DNA from: a virus
Length of the DNA: 64,000 nt
Strand: one strand, 5' to 3'
IMG/VR virus record: IMGVR_UViG_3300042546_000155
Below are positions 18,866 to 27,619 of the stretch, piece by piece. Position numbers and translations under genes: made by a program. Under the pieces are notes generated by a model that was given only the letters and a program-made list of their open reading frames with translations, was not told the origin of the DNA and ran no database searches. Position 1 is the stretch's first letter; each line of letters begins with the position of its first letter.

Positions 18866-19275
18866 TCCACCACCTCATAATCTCCATCATCACAAGTATA
18901 AATCGTTCTCTTGATACCAAACTCGGCGATTGCTCTAGCGCAACCAGGACACGGCTTAGACAATCCCCACACAAACTTTTTAGTGAATGGTGCTTCCTTC
19001 TTTACTCTGGTAATATACAGGTCACACTTAGAAATGTCATCCACATCTAGTTCACGCAATGCATTCTTGATAGCAGCCACTTCCGCATGTAGAAAGATGG
19101 CATGTTCATTCTTGGAAAACTTAGCCTGCATGGGATGGGATTTCATACTATTCATACCGATAGATATGATACGATTACGGTAAACGACAGCAGCCGCAAA
19201 CTTTTCCTGAGGAGCAGGATTAGCAGCGGCTACTTTCGCTAGTGTGTGAAGAATACCTATATTCACATTTCTCAT
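18862..19275 (-). CDS. Zn-dependent cytidine/dCMP-deaminase-fold protein
   Basis: HAE...PCPGC. Confidence 0.85.
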   Translation of the reverse strand: MRNVNIGILHTLAKVAAANPAPQEKFAAAVVYRNRIISIGMNSMKSHPMQAKFSKNEHAIFLHAEVAAIKNALRELDVDDISKCDLYITRVKKEAPFTKKFVWGLSKPCPGCARAIAEFGIKRTIYTCDDGDYEVVE

Positions 19276-19281
19276 AATATC

Positions 19282-19310
19282 ATTATATACGAGGAAGGTG
19301 TCTATGTCAA
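19282..19310 (-). promoter_or_regulatory. Sigma70-like promoter TTGACA-N17-TATAAT
   Basis: Perfect consensus. Confidence 0.75.
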
Positions 19311-19910
19311 ATACTTTTTCCAGTTGTATTCAACATTACCGTAATATGGATCATCTTTCTTACCGAAATCAATGATAAGGTGTATTCTGTTTTCTTCGGA
19401 ATCATTCCGTCCAGAATGAGGAATGTTATTGTTAAAAAACACAACCTCACCAACCTTCATATGTAATGACTTATCAACGGAAGGGAATTTAAAGATCACG
19501 CTCTCATTGGTGATAATAGGAACATGAACCCTTTTGGTATTCTCATAGTGATATTTAAAATCTATATGTTCTGGAATAACAGAATGGGCTTTCATGTTGC
19601 TCAATGTTATGCGTTTTGGATCATGATTAGGATAATGAAACTCACACATACGACAGATTTGTTCAATATCATTCTTAAACAAGTTCAATAGTTCTGTGTT
19701 AACAATTAAGTTCTGTAGAACAATGTTATCCTTCTCAGGAAGAGAGAATAAGAAAATCATATCAAGAGATTGAATCTTGTTCATTTCATTATATGGTGGC
19801 CCTGGATCAAAACAAAGATTGTTCCAACCCTTTTCTAAAACAACCGAGGTCTTTTCAATCAAAGAAGTTGGATCAATGTTACCCAATCTCTTAAATGCTA
19901 TATCACTCAC
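19302..19910 (-). CDS. 2OG-Fe(II) oxygenase, aspartyl/asparaginyl beta-hydroxylase-like
   Basis: IPEHID...RVHVPI...NNxxPH...RIHLIID. Confidence 0.8.
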   Translation of the reverse strand: MSDIAFKRLGNIDPTSLIEKTSVVLEKGWNNLCFDPGPPYNEMNKIQSLDMIFLFSLPEKDNIVLQNLIVNTELLNLFKNDIEQICRMCEFHYPNHDPKRITLSNMKAHSVIPEHIDFKYHYENTKRVHVPIITNESVIFKFPSVDKSLHMKVGEVVFFNNNIPHSGRNDSEENRIHLIIDFGKKDDPYYGNVEYNWKKYLT

Positions 19911-19915
19911 AATAA

Positions 19916-20488
19916 TTACTTTCCTTGTTGCTTAGCCACCTCTAGAATCTGATTCATCATTTCTTCTGTAAATTCTGGACGACCGTGCATTTCTTGAAGA
20001 TCAATGCCTAGTTCTTTAGCAATCTGCATAATTTGTTCTGGACTGATCGATACTCTATTCTCTTGCCATTCTTTATCATCTGTGTTCCAGAAATAGCTCT
20101 TACCATCTTGTGGCATTGGAACAGGAGGAACGAGATTGTGAGTTACATCATCATAAATCCAATCGCTTAGTTCTGGATTCAACTCTTTGAACTTATCAAT
20201 GACTTCTTGCTTTTCAGCTTCGTTTAGTGAGCGAACATGATGAACCTCATGCCAAGTCTCTTGACCATACTCTGCTGTAAGTTCTGGACTACGCTCATAA
20301 TCCATATAATCATATTTTTCATATGGCTTCAATTCTGGAATAGGTGTTTTGACGAACTTAACAAATCCCTCTGATGGATTCTTAGGATCAAAATTTTCAA
20401 TTAGGTCTTTAAGATTTTCTTCTAGAATAGGAAAAGTTTCAGGTTTACCGTCTGCACCTATTTTTATGAATAGTGACATATCTGACAT
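19916..20488 (-). CDS. Hypothetical protein, possible fibre chaperone
   Basis: PPVPMPQDGKSYFWN motif; directly after a Gly-rich fibre-like gene. Confidence 0.5.
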   Translation of the reverse strand: MSDMSLFIKIGADGKPETFPILEENLKDLIENFDPKNPSEGFVKFVKTPIPELKPYEKYDYMDYERSPELTAEYGQETWHEVHHVRSLNEAEKQEVIDKFKELNPELSDWIYDDVTHNLVPPVPMPQDGKSYFWNTDDKEWQENRVSISPEQIMQIAKELGIDLQEMHGRPEFTEEMMNQILEVAKQQGK

Positions 20489-20500
20489 TTAAAAACTCCG

Positions 20501-21184
20501 TTAAGTTACATCTACATTGACGGCACCGCCGCCGCCGGCGCCGCCAGCATTAAATCCACCAGCACCACCTGCACCCACAGCAATAGAGCATGATGCGCCG
20601 TATGCAGGACCTGTAGATCCTTTTCTAACAGTATAAGTAACGAGCCCACCATTCTTACCAATCGAGCCGCCACTACCGGTACAACCGAAAGCCGCTCCTG
20701 CTGTGCCGCCTGCGGCGCCGCCGCCAGCCGTAACTGTTCCACCATATCCGCCGCCATTAGCCGATGATGTACCACCATTAGCAGTAACATTGATACTTCC
20801 TACACGAAAATAACTCTCGCCGCCTGCTGCGCCGGCATCACCGCCTCGGCCATTACAACAGAAAGGAAAGAAACAAAATTGTCCACACCATCCGGTGCAA
20901 GTATCTGATCCCGATCCTCCATTACCACCTTGTCCCGCACCCCAAACACCGATGCCCATGCTTTCATATGCTGGAACAACAAGACTATAAGTTCCTGGTG
21001 TTGTATAAGTATAAGTTGCTGCTGTTGGTTTTGATCTACCGCTACTGATTGAAATTGATCCAGAAGCAACTCCGAGTAGGGTTCGAATATCAGAATCATT
21101 TAGCGATACTGTTGCCGAAGCATTGTTATAAACAATGGCAGCCATTTGTGAGAACGATATAGCACCTGACGCTGGTAAAGCCAT
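20501..21184 (-). CDS. Glycine-rich tail-fibre/adhesin-like protein
   Basis: MALPASGAISFS N-terminus, TPGTYS...WGAGxGG, GxGG repeats. Confidence 0.65.
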   Translation of the reverse strand: MALPASGAISFSQMAAIVYNNASATVSLNDSDIRTLLGVASGSISISSGRSKPTAATYTYTTPGTYSLVVPAYESMGIGVWGAGQGGNGGSGSDTCTGWCGQFCFFPFCCNGRGGDAGAAGGESYFRVGSINVTANGGTSSANGGGYGGTVTAGGGAAGGTAGAAFGCTGSGGSIGKNGGLVTYTVRKGSTGPAYGASCSIAVGAGGAGGFNAGGAGGGGAVNVDVT

Positions 21185-21385
21185 TTAGTTATCCTTTTTC
21201 TTATCTGGGCCCCACTTTTTCAACGGGCATGAGGAATTGGCGAGTATTGTTTTGATAAGCATGATACAGCCACATTCGCTACATTGTGTGGTCGTCTTAT
21301 TATACTTATCACAATCAATGCAAATCAACATTCGTTCTTTTGCAACTTCCTTACGATGGTGCAATTCTTCGCTGAGATTTGACAT
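21185..21385 (-). CDS. Small Cys-rich protein (CxxC...CxxCGC...CP..KW)
   Basis: Motif seen in translation. Confidence 0.7.
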   Translation of the reverse strand: MSNLSEELHHRKEVAKERMLICIDCDKYNKTTTQCSECGCIMLIKTILANSSCPLKKWGPDKKKDN

Positions 21386-21404
21386 ATTAACTCCTTATGC
21401 CTAT

Positions 21405-22166
21405 TTATGCGTCACCGAAGCCGAAAGGACATTTTCCTTCTCGTTCTTCGTTTCTTTTTACTAGTTTATCAATTTTTCTCCAACCCCAAAATGAATTGGC
21501 TGGATGCAATTTCATTTTTTCAAATTCAGGATAATCCACCAGGTGCGTTTTCAATTCCATCTTCTTCTCTGATATTGGAATGAAATGCATCATAGGCTGG
21601 CCAAACTCTATAGTAAACTCATATGGCTTTGGCTTCTTTCTCAAAAGAATTTGAAGATTGACCGCATGATTCTTTTTGAAATCTAGAACACCCTGCGGCA
21701 TGATAAAGTCAAACTTCTCATGGCTCCAAAGAGTAGGCGCACCATGAAACATAACACCTGTTTTCTCTTTGACAAGCCAAGGTGACATTAGCTTTATATG
21801 ATGAAAGTCTTTGAATGATGTTCCGAACTGTTCCTTGGGATGAGACTTAGGGTGTTCTAGATCACTGAAATAAAATCTAAAACCTTCCTGCTCTACAAGA
21901 ATAGAAATGTCAGACCAGTTCTCTACAATGAAACCTCTCTTATAGAGTTCGATAAGTCCTCTACAGTTCTTAATTGTGGAGTGTCTTTCAACAAAATATC
22001 CGCCGTCTTCTCTGATGCCTGTAATTGGTCCTGGGTTTTCCAAAGTCTTCCAATACTCAGGCATAGCACGATTGGCTTTTACTATTGGTGTGTATTCATA
22101 AACACTTGGGCTGTATGTGAAGGCATCAACATGAATAGTTGAAGAACGATTGAAAAAGTAAACCAT
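21405..22166 (-). CDS. Conserved hypothetical protein of T4-like phages
   Basis: TIKNCxG...KLMSPW...GxPM, C-terminal KCPF. Confidence 0.6.
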   Translation of the reverse strand: MVYFFNRSSTIHVDAFTYSPSVYEYTPIVKANRAMPEYWKTLENPGPITGIREDGGYFVERHSTIKNCRGLIELYKRGFIVENWSDISILVEQEGFRFYFSDLEHPKSHPKEQFGTSFKDFHHIKLMSPWLVKEKTGVMFHGAPTLWSHEKFDFIMPQGVLDFKKNHAVNLQILLRKKPKPYEFTIEFGQPMMHFIPISEKKMELKTHLVDYPEFEKMKLHPANSFWGWRKIDKLVKRNEEREGKCPFGFGDA

Positions 22167-22205
22167 GTCATAGATCCATTATTAATGTTATACTTGTATA
22201 TAGTT

Positions 22206-22233
22206 AAAAGAAAGGGGAGCATTTCTGCTCCCC
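22206..22233 (-). terminator. Rho-independent terminator
   Basis: GGGGAGCA-gaaa-TGCTCCCC followed by TTTCTTTT. Confidence 0.8.
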
Positions 22234-22238
22234 AATCG

Positions 22239-22733
22239 TTATCGTTGAATATGTATGTGATCAAAGTGACCCGCTACTCGCCAAAGCACGGTATATCCTG
22301 CTGCTCTAGCTCGTGCGGCAACAGCGTCAAATCTTGCCCTTGTTGCTCTACCTGACGCCTCTTTAACACCCCGTCCTATATTAACATCAATTGCACGACC
22401 GGCATAATGTGCCCACCCATGATGGACGTGGTGAACGCCACCAAATGCAGGATGCTCCGAGACACGAAGTCCGGAATGCTGCAACATTCTTCCGTAAGCA
22501 ACAATGGAAGATGATGCATGACCAGCAAAGTGGCGTGTATATGTGTGATAATATTGATGGGCATGACGCATATGGCCACGAATTTGTGGAGATACGCCCC
22601 AATTTCCATCTGGAGTTCCTAGAATGTCGTCAATAAGACTACGCTCTGGGACCTCGTGGTGAGCGAGATTTCTTGCTTCTGCGGGTACCGCAAGAGCAAG
22701 TACCGTAATGAAAGCAAATAAAATCTTCTTCAT
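22239..22733 (-). CDS. Exported His-rich protein with M15/LAS-like Zn peptidase motif
   Basis: Signal peptide ending AEA; HYAGRAID...HFDHIH. Confidence 0.65.
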   Translation of the reverse strand: MKKILFAFITVLALAVPAEARNLAHHEVPERSLIDDILGTPDGNWGVSPQIRGHMRHAHQYYHTYTRHFAGHASSSIVAYGRMLQHSGLRVSEHPAFGGVHHVHHGWAHYAGRAIDVNIGRGVKEASGRATRARFDAVAARARAAGYTVLWRVAGHFDHIHIQR

Positions 22734-22754
22734 AGTAGTACCTTTCTGTTATAA

Positions 22755-22910
22755 AACTCCACGCACAATACCTCGACAACGAAAGATGAATGAAATGAGG
22801 GATTGTTTTAGGCGTAGTAATGCCTGACGAGGAGAGTTGATGCACCAGTGCCATTACATCCGTGGTCACCGGTGCGGTTGAACCACAAGGCAATATGACT
22901 GCCTTGTGGA
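22755..22910 (-). ncRNA. Candidate structured leader RNA
   Basis: CTAAATA (22915-22921) followed by three helical domains before the RBS. Confidence 0.45.
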
Positions 22911-22932
22911 ATACTATTTAGCAAACTTTATA

Positions 22933-23406
22933 TCAGTTTGCCGCCAATTCTGGAAACTTATCCGCAGCGATAGAAGCGGCCCATGCCTCTGGCTTAACTC
23001 TAGGAGTCACACCAGTCATGCCACGAATGTAGCCAACTGCTTCACTGATAACACAAGATGAACCATGCTTATGATCAGGATTAATATCGATATGAACTTC
23101 ACATTCCCTGTTACCAATACACTCGGCTAGTTCTAGATAGAGTTCGGCAGCCTTCATCACCTCATTCATCAATCGCATTCTTGGCTTGTCTTTTGACTGG
23201 TCGTAATCACGCTCCGTAGTGATTTCACCAAAGACCTTTGCGCCTCGATTGCCGTCAATGTGAATGACCACCACTGTAGCATAATCAGCGAACCAAACAC
23301 CGCCCCTTCTATGGCGTTCTGAGTCAGCACCGATATAGATTCGGGTTGATTCTGAGGAGTTTTCAATGTAGTCTTTGACCTCATTTAAATCTAGCCTCCG
23401 TCTCAT
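22933..23406 (-). CDS. RNase H-like YkuK (DUF458) family protein
   Basis: IYIGADS...RLMNE...VHIDIN...KPEAWAASxxAD. Confidence 0.85.
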   Translation of the reverse strand: MRRRLDLNEVKDYIENSSESTRIYIGADSERHRRGGVWFADYATVVVIHIDGNRGAKVFGEITTERDYDQSKDKPRMRLMNEVMKAAELYLELAECIGNRECEVHIDINPDHKHGSSCVISEAVGYIRGMTGVTPRVKPEAWAASIAADKFPELAAN

Positions 23407-23408
23407 AA

Positions 23409-23756
23409 CTATTCTCTTTCTATGTAATGCTCTACTATTCGTTCTGGATGAAAAAACTGTTTTACTGTTTCTACTACTACAGCATTCTCGTAAGGCTTAC
23501 ATGAGAATACATCGATATAGAAATTGCCTGTGTCATCACAAAAATGACCACAGATATTTGAGGTTTCAATTAACTGCACGAGTGTATAACCCTGCTTGTC
23601 ATCTTCACCGAAATGAATGACTTGCGGTTCACCGTAAGCCTTCATCTGAATACGCTTTACCAATACTTTGGCAAACGCTTCAATGTTTGTCCCGCTCTTA
23701 ACGAGTTCCTTGTCACCTGCATAGCAGTCAAGGCTCAAATGATATCCCCAAGCCAT
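23409..23756 (-). CDS. speD: S-adenosylmethionine decarboxylase-like proenzyme (class 1b)
   Basis: GYHLSLD...LIETSNIxxH...IDVFSC. Confidence 0.75.
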   Translation of the reverse strand: MAWGYHLSLDCYAGDKELVKSGTNIEAFAKVLVKRIQMKAYGEPQVIHFGEDDKQGYTLVQLIETSNICGHFCDDTGNFYIDVFSCKPYENAVVVETVKQFFHPERIVEHYIERE

Positions 23757-23771
23757 TTATCTCTTCCTCTA

Positions 23772-24164
23772 TTAAATGTCTTTTTGCTTAGTCTGCTTCT
23801 TATAGTTCTCCCAAACTTCTTCAATCGTATTTGGGTTAACAATAACATTGCCCATATTGGCAATCAAGCAACTAGCTTCACCCTTAGGTGTGGTCGCAGT
23901 AATAACAATGTTAGTGCCACCGATCCATACTGTTTCGATGATACCATCCTTATTGTCTTCTTTGCGTGTCATATTTAGCAACAAAGAGTAACCTTTGTCA
24001 TTCATAATCTTTTCGATATCCTTGTTATTGGCACAAGGGAGTTCTTCCTTCTTAGACGCTTCTGCACCATGAGCATGGTTCACATACTGAAAGAAAGCTG
24101 AACCAAGAAAGACACCAACAACAGCAATAATAACATGACGCATTTTAATCTCCTTTAGAGGCAT
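23772..24164 (-). CDS. Exported or membrane-anchored hypothetical protein
   Basis: N-terminal hydrophobic segment, two Cys. Confidence 0.6.
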   Translation of the reverse strand: MPLKEIKMRHVIIAVVGVFLGSAFFQYVNHAHGAEASKKEELPCANNKDIEKIMNDKGYSLLLNMTRKEDNKDGIIETVWIGGTNIVITATTPKGEASCLIANMGNVIVNPNTIEEVWENYKKQTKQKDI

Positions 24165-24493
24165 CCGCCTGGGTTTCTAGCACAAACATTAACAAGGTAT
24201 GGGTCGATAAACAGACCGGGTACCGGCACAGGAACTGGCATCGGTGCAGCCATTGGCATGGGTGCAGCAACCGGAACGGGTGCGGGAACTGGCACTGGTC
24301 GAGCAACAGGCACCGGTGCTGGCGCAACTCTTACTGGCATCGGCGGCGGACACGGAGGACCAAAGATGCCATCTAGAAACGATGTTAGCGGGTCCATGTA
24401 GCCGCATGTAAATCCGCCATATCCATCCCACCAAGCATTAGCGGAAGTCACAGGAGCAATAAACAGAACGGTAGCCAGAAGTATCTTCTTCAT
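24155..24493 (-). CDS. Exported Pro-rich protein
   Basis: Signal peptide ending ANA; PVPV repeats. Confidence 0.65.
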   Translation of the reverse strand: MKKILLATVLFIAPVTSANAWWDGYGGFTCGYMDPLTSFLDGIFGPPCPPPMPVRVAPAPVPVARPVPVPAPVPVAAPMPMAAPMPVPVPVPGLFIDPYLVNVCARNPGGCL

Positions 24494-24534
24494 AACCTTT
24501 CCTCACTTTCATAATGTATTATATATGAAAGATT

Positions 24535-26082
24535 TCACTTTGTCAAGATATCGTTACCAATGATTACCGCATCCATTTCTGTCTTTTCAAACAATGTTTT
24601 AGCATCTTGTTTATATGCAGCAATTGGCTTACCGTCAATGTTTAATGAGGTATTGAGAACGGTAGGAATGCCTGTCTTGCGCTTAAAGGAATCAATCAGA
24701 CGGTAGAAATGTTCATGCTCTTGATTTACCGTTTGTATGCGGCATGATCCATCAACATGAACAATAGATGAATATCGTTTTGGTTCTCTGCACTTGGCAT
24801 TATATAGCATGTAAGGACTTTCATCGTGCCACTGAAATACTCTACTAACATCACCAAGCAAGATAGATGCACCGAATGGACGATACGGCTCACGATGTTT
24901 CACCTTGTTATTGATAACATCTTTGCCACGCTTGATTGTTGGGTCCATGAGAATAGAACGATTGCCCAATGCTCTTGGACCAATCTCACCATTACCTTGA
25001 TACCAACCAACAATCTTACCTTGTGCAAGTAATTCGGCAGCCCGATCAATAGTCACATCATTGGGCACTCCGCCATCTTCGTCAGATTGCCAGAATGGAA
25101 AGTTTTTCTTCTCAAAAGAAGGTTGCTTATATTTTCTTCTAAGAAACTCTACACAACCCAAACTAATGCCATCATCAGGACAATGTGGTGGAATGATCAT
25201 GTTCTTATAACGGCTCTTAAGCACAGTATTGACAACCGTGTTTTGTGCCGTACCGCCTGAATATGTAAAGACCTCATTATCATCAACAAACTGACCGATA
25301 TAGTCCGGCAACTTTCTATTCATAAACTCATGAACAAGATATGTCTTATCGATTAGTGCCTGCTTGTCTTTGACATTCTGTCCATTCTTCTCTTGCAAGG
25401 CTTCTACAAGTTCAAGAAACGAATGCATGTTTCTGTATTTCATATACTTGGCATAATCAAACACTCGCTTGATAAACACATCATCAAGTTTATGATACGC
25501 CTTAAGAGCCATGAGTTTGCCGGCATGATCGATGATGATACCCTTCATGCCCATTTGCTCACCAATAACATTCATCAACAATGAGAAACTATCGCACTCG
25601 GTAATATCGACATAATCAACAAGGTCGTTATTCTTAAATGCAGAAAAGAAACGCTTATGAGAACCCATGCCATCAATCACAATGCTATTGGCATCCTCAA
25701 TAAGAGGCCAACAGCTTAGTGCATGGGCATAGTGGTGATCTAGATTATAGACAGGACAAGAGAACTGATCCCAGAAAGGATATTTCTTCTTATCTAACTT
25801 CTGATACAATTCATTGACATGAACAAACGGCTGAAACTTAAACACATTGTCTGGATAAACGAGAGAAAGAGCAATGGCGTCTAATGAGCGAAAATCTACG
25901 CCCAAAAGTTCCTTGCTCTTTCTAAAGATAATATCAAACTCTTCCGCTACAATTTCTTCGTAGTTGTAATAGCAGTAGTGTTTTTCTTGTAAGTTTCTTT
26001 CTAGCTTTAGGTATTTTACTTTCGTGCCATCTGTGTATGTAATGTTTGTATCATGATGATTTCTAATCCCTAAAAACTTCAT
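24535..26082 (-). CDS. O-carbamoyltransferase, NodU/CmcH/TobZ family
   Basis: HHYAHA, DGxG, GKLMAL, EIGPRALGNRS, KHRExYRPF, HVDGSCRIQTV, LNTSLN. Confidence 0.93.
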   Translation of the reverse strand: MKFLGIRNHHDTNITYTDGTKVKYLKLERNLQEKHYCYYNYEEIVAEEFDIIFRKSKELLGVDFRSLDAIALSLVYPDNVFKFQPFVHVNELYQKLDKKKYPFWDQFSCPVYNLDHHYAHALSCWPLIEDANSIVIDGMGSHKRFFSAFKNNDLVDYVDITECDSFSLLMNVIGEQMGMKGIIIDHAGKLMALKAYHKLDDVFIKRVFDYAKYMKYRNMHSFLELVEALQEKNGQNVKDKQALIDKTYLVHEFMNRKLPDYIGQFVDDNEVFTYSGGTAQNTVVNTVLKSRYKNMIIPPHCPDDGISLGCVEFLRRKYKQPSFEKKNFPFWQSDEDGGVPNDVTIDRAAELLAQGKIVGWYQGNGEIGPRALGNRSILMDPTIKRGKDVINNKVKHREPYRPFGASILLGDVSRVFQWHDESPYMLYNAKCREPKRYSSIVHVDGSCRIQTVNQEHEHFYRLIDSFKRKTGIPTVLNTSLNIDGKPIAAYKQDAKTLFEKTEMDAVIIGNDILTK

Positions 26083-26085
26083 TCA

Positions 26086-26376
26086 TCACCCATATTTAAG
26101 ATGTATCATATTCTGGTAAGACATTAGAGGCGGAGCATCGTCTGCCTTAGTTTTAGCTTTCAGTATATACTTCTTGGCATGTTCTGTCAAGAGGCGATCA
26201 AACCCCTCGGGAACATGAATGCCTTCGACCAAATTAAGATCGTTGTAGTATTGTGGTCCGAAGGTGTTTAGAAACTTGGCAGTTGCCTCGGTTTTATCTT
26301 TGGCATCCAATATCATAATGGCCCGTTTATGGCCTTCACTTGCAACATGATCTAAAGTTACAGTGTAGTAGCACAT
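26086..26376 (-). CDS. Hypothetical phage protein
   Basis: ORF with RBS. Confidence 0.55.
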   Translation of the reverse strand: MCYYTVTLDHVASEGHKRAIMILDAKDKTEATAKFLNTFGPQYYNDLNLVEGIHVPEGFDRLLTEHAKKYILKAKTKADDAPPLMSYQNMIHLKYG

Positions 26377-26401
26377 TCTCTTCCTCGCTGTTAATTATAA
26401 C

Positions 26402-26710
26402 TTACCACCCGCCGTAGTAACCAGGAGCATAGTAATAGCCTGGTGCATAATAACCACCGTAATACTGAGGATAATAACCCCCGTAGTAACCACCATAATA
26501 CGGATTAGCGGCACCTGCAATAGCAGCGCCAGCAAGAGCGCCTACAGCTAGACCAGCAATAGCAGCACCGCCGCCATAACCCCAGCCTCCGCCGTAGCCC
26601 CAGCCACCACCATAGCCACCCCAACCGCCACGATACCATGCATTAGCAGGTGCAATAGCAGCAAAGGTAATACCGATGGCGGCGACCAATGCGATAATCT
26701 TATTTCTCAT
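26402..26710 (-). CDS. Exported Gly/Tyr-rich protein with glycine zipper (Rhizobiales-type)
   Basis: Signal peptide ending ANA, GGWGY repeats, AGLAVGALAGAAIA. Confidence 0.7.
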   Translation of the reverse strand: MRNKIIALVAAIGITFAAIAPANAWYRGGWGGYGGGWGYGGGWGYGGGAAIAGLAVGALAGAAIAGAANPYYGGYYGGYYPQYYGGYYAPGYYYAPGYYGGW

Positions 26711-26722
26711 GATTGTGTTCCT

Positions 26723-26929
26723 TTAGTCGATGGGAAGTGTTAAAGACTCTTTAACAAGTTCGATCAATTCGTCAACATTGGTGCAAACCACCTTAGCAGT
26801 CACCCAATCCTCATCCTTATTGCGACCACAGATTTCAATCATGTATCCGTTGTCGTAACGATATATAGTAAAGTTGTCGGAGACCTTCTCCATCTTATCG
26901 CTGATCTTTGTTGAAGTCTTCGTAGCCAT
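26723..26929 (-). CDS. Hypothetical phage protein
   Basis: ORF with RBS GGAG. Confidence 0.6.
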   Translation of the reverse strand: MATKTSTKISDKMEKVSDNFTIYRYDNGYMIEICGRNKDEDWVTAKVVCTNVDELIELVKESLTLPID

Positions 26930-26940
26930 TGTATATCTCC

Positions 26941-27228
26941 TCAGATAATAAACTCATCGATAGTGTCCTTGAAAAACTCCTTAAGAGCCTTTTCAAAGTT
27001 TTCATTCTTCATACCGAACTGATACCAGTTTAGAAAGTCTTCTTTAAGATCACGGATCTTATCTTCAACATCAGGGGCGACAAAATCAGTATCGAGTTTA
27101 TCAACCACTAGCCATTTATTACCACCATCACGATCTTCGATTTCAGCAATCAACTCATCCGTGTCATAATCGTCAAGGTCGATATCAACATCAACGGCGA
27201 CTTCTCGGTAAACAGTCTTGGTAACCAT
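26941..27228 (-). CDS. Acidic hypothetical protein
   Basis: ORF with RBS AGGAG, downstream of a promoter. Confidence 0.6.
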   Translation of the reverse strand: MVTKTVYREVAVDVDIDLDDYDTDELIAEIEDRDGGNKWLVVDKLDTDFVAPDVEDKIRDLKEDFLNWYQFGMKNENFEKALKEFFKDTIDEFII

Positions 27229-27255
27229 TCCGTTTCTCCTTTCACATTATGCATA

Positions 27256-27284
27256 ATATTAGCATAGGAGAAACGGAATGTCAA
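27256..27284 (-). promoter_or_regulatory. Sigma70-like promoter TTGACAttccgttt-N-TAATAT
   Basis: 17-nt spacer beginning with conserved TTCCGTTT. Confidence 0.7.
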
Positions 27285-27291
27285 GTGTTTT

Positions 27292-27519
27292 TTACTTTAC
27301 CGTAGGATGTGTGGCTGCGTAGCCAGGGTAGTAAGAGTTTTCCTGGTGATGATTAGCGGCTACATGAGAGCCACGAAGTCCACCCTTCAACTCTGTGCTA
27401 GGGATAGCAGAAGCACCAGCGGCATAACCATACTTTTCATATGTGTCAATCTTATAGTCGGCAGCAAATGCTGGTGTTGCTAGTGTGAGGATTGTTAGTA
27501 GAGAAATAACCTTATTCAT
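27292..27519 (-). CDS. Small exported protein
   Basis: Signal peptide ending AFA. Confidence 0.6.
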   Translation of the reverse strand: MNKVISLLTILTLATPAFAADYKIDTYEKYGYAAGASAIPSTELKGGLRGSHVAANHHQENSYYPGYAATHPTVK

Positions 27520-27563
27520 TTCTTTTCCTTTATGTTGCGCTTCCCATTAGGCGAAGCAATTTC

Positions 27564-27582
27564 TATTGTGCAGCGCACAATA
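27564..27582. promoter_or_regulatory. Palindromic operator, PhaR-box-like
   Basis: TATTGTGC-agc-GCACAATA just downstream of promoter 27587..27615. Confidence 0.45.
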
Positions 27583-27619
27583 CAATAATATATAGTCCTC
27601 GGAGCGTTTTGTCAAGAAA

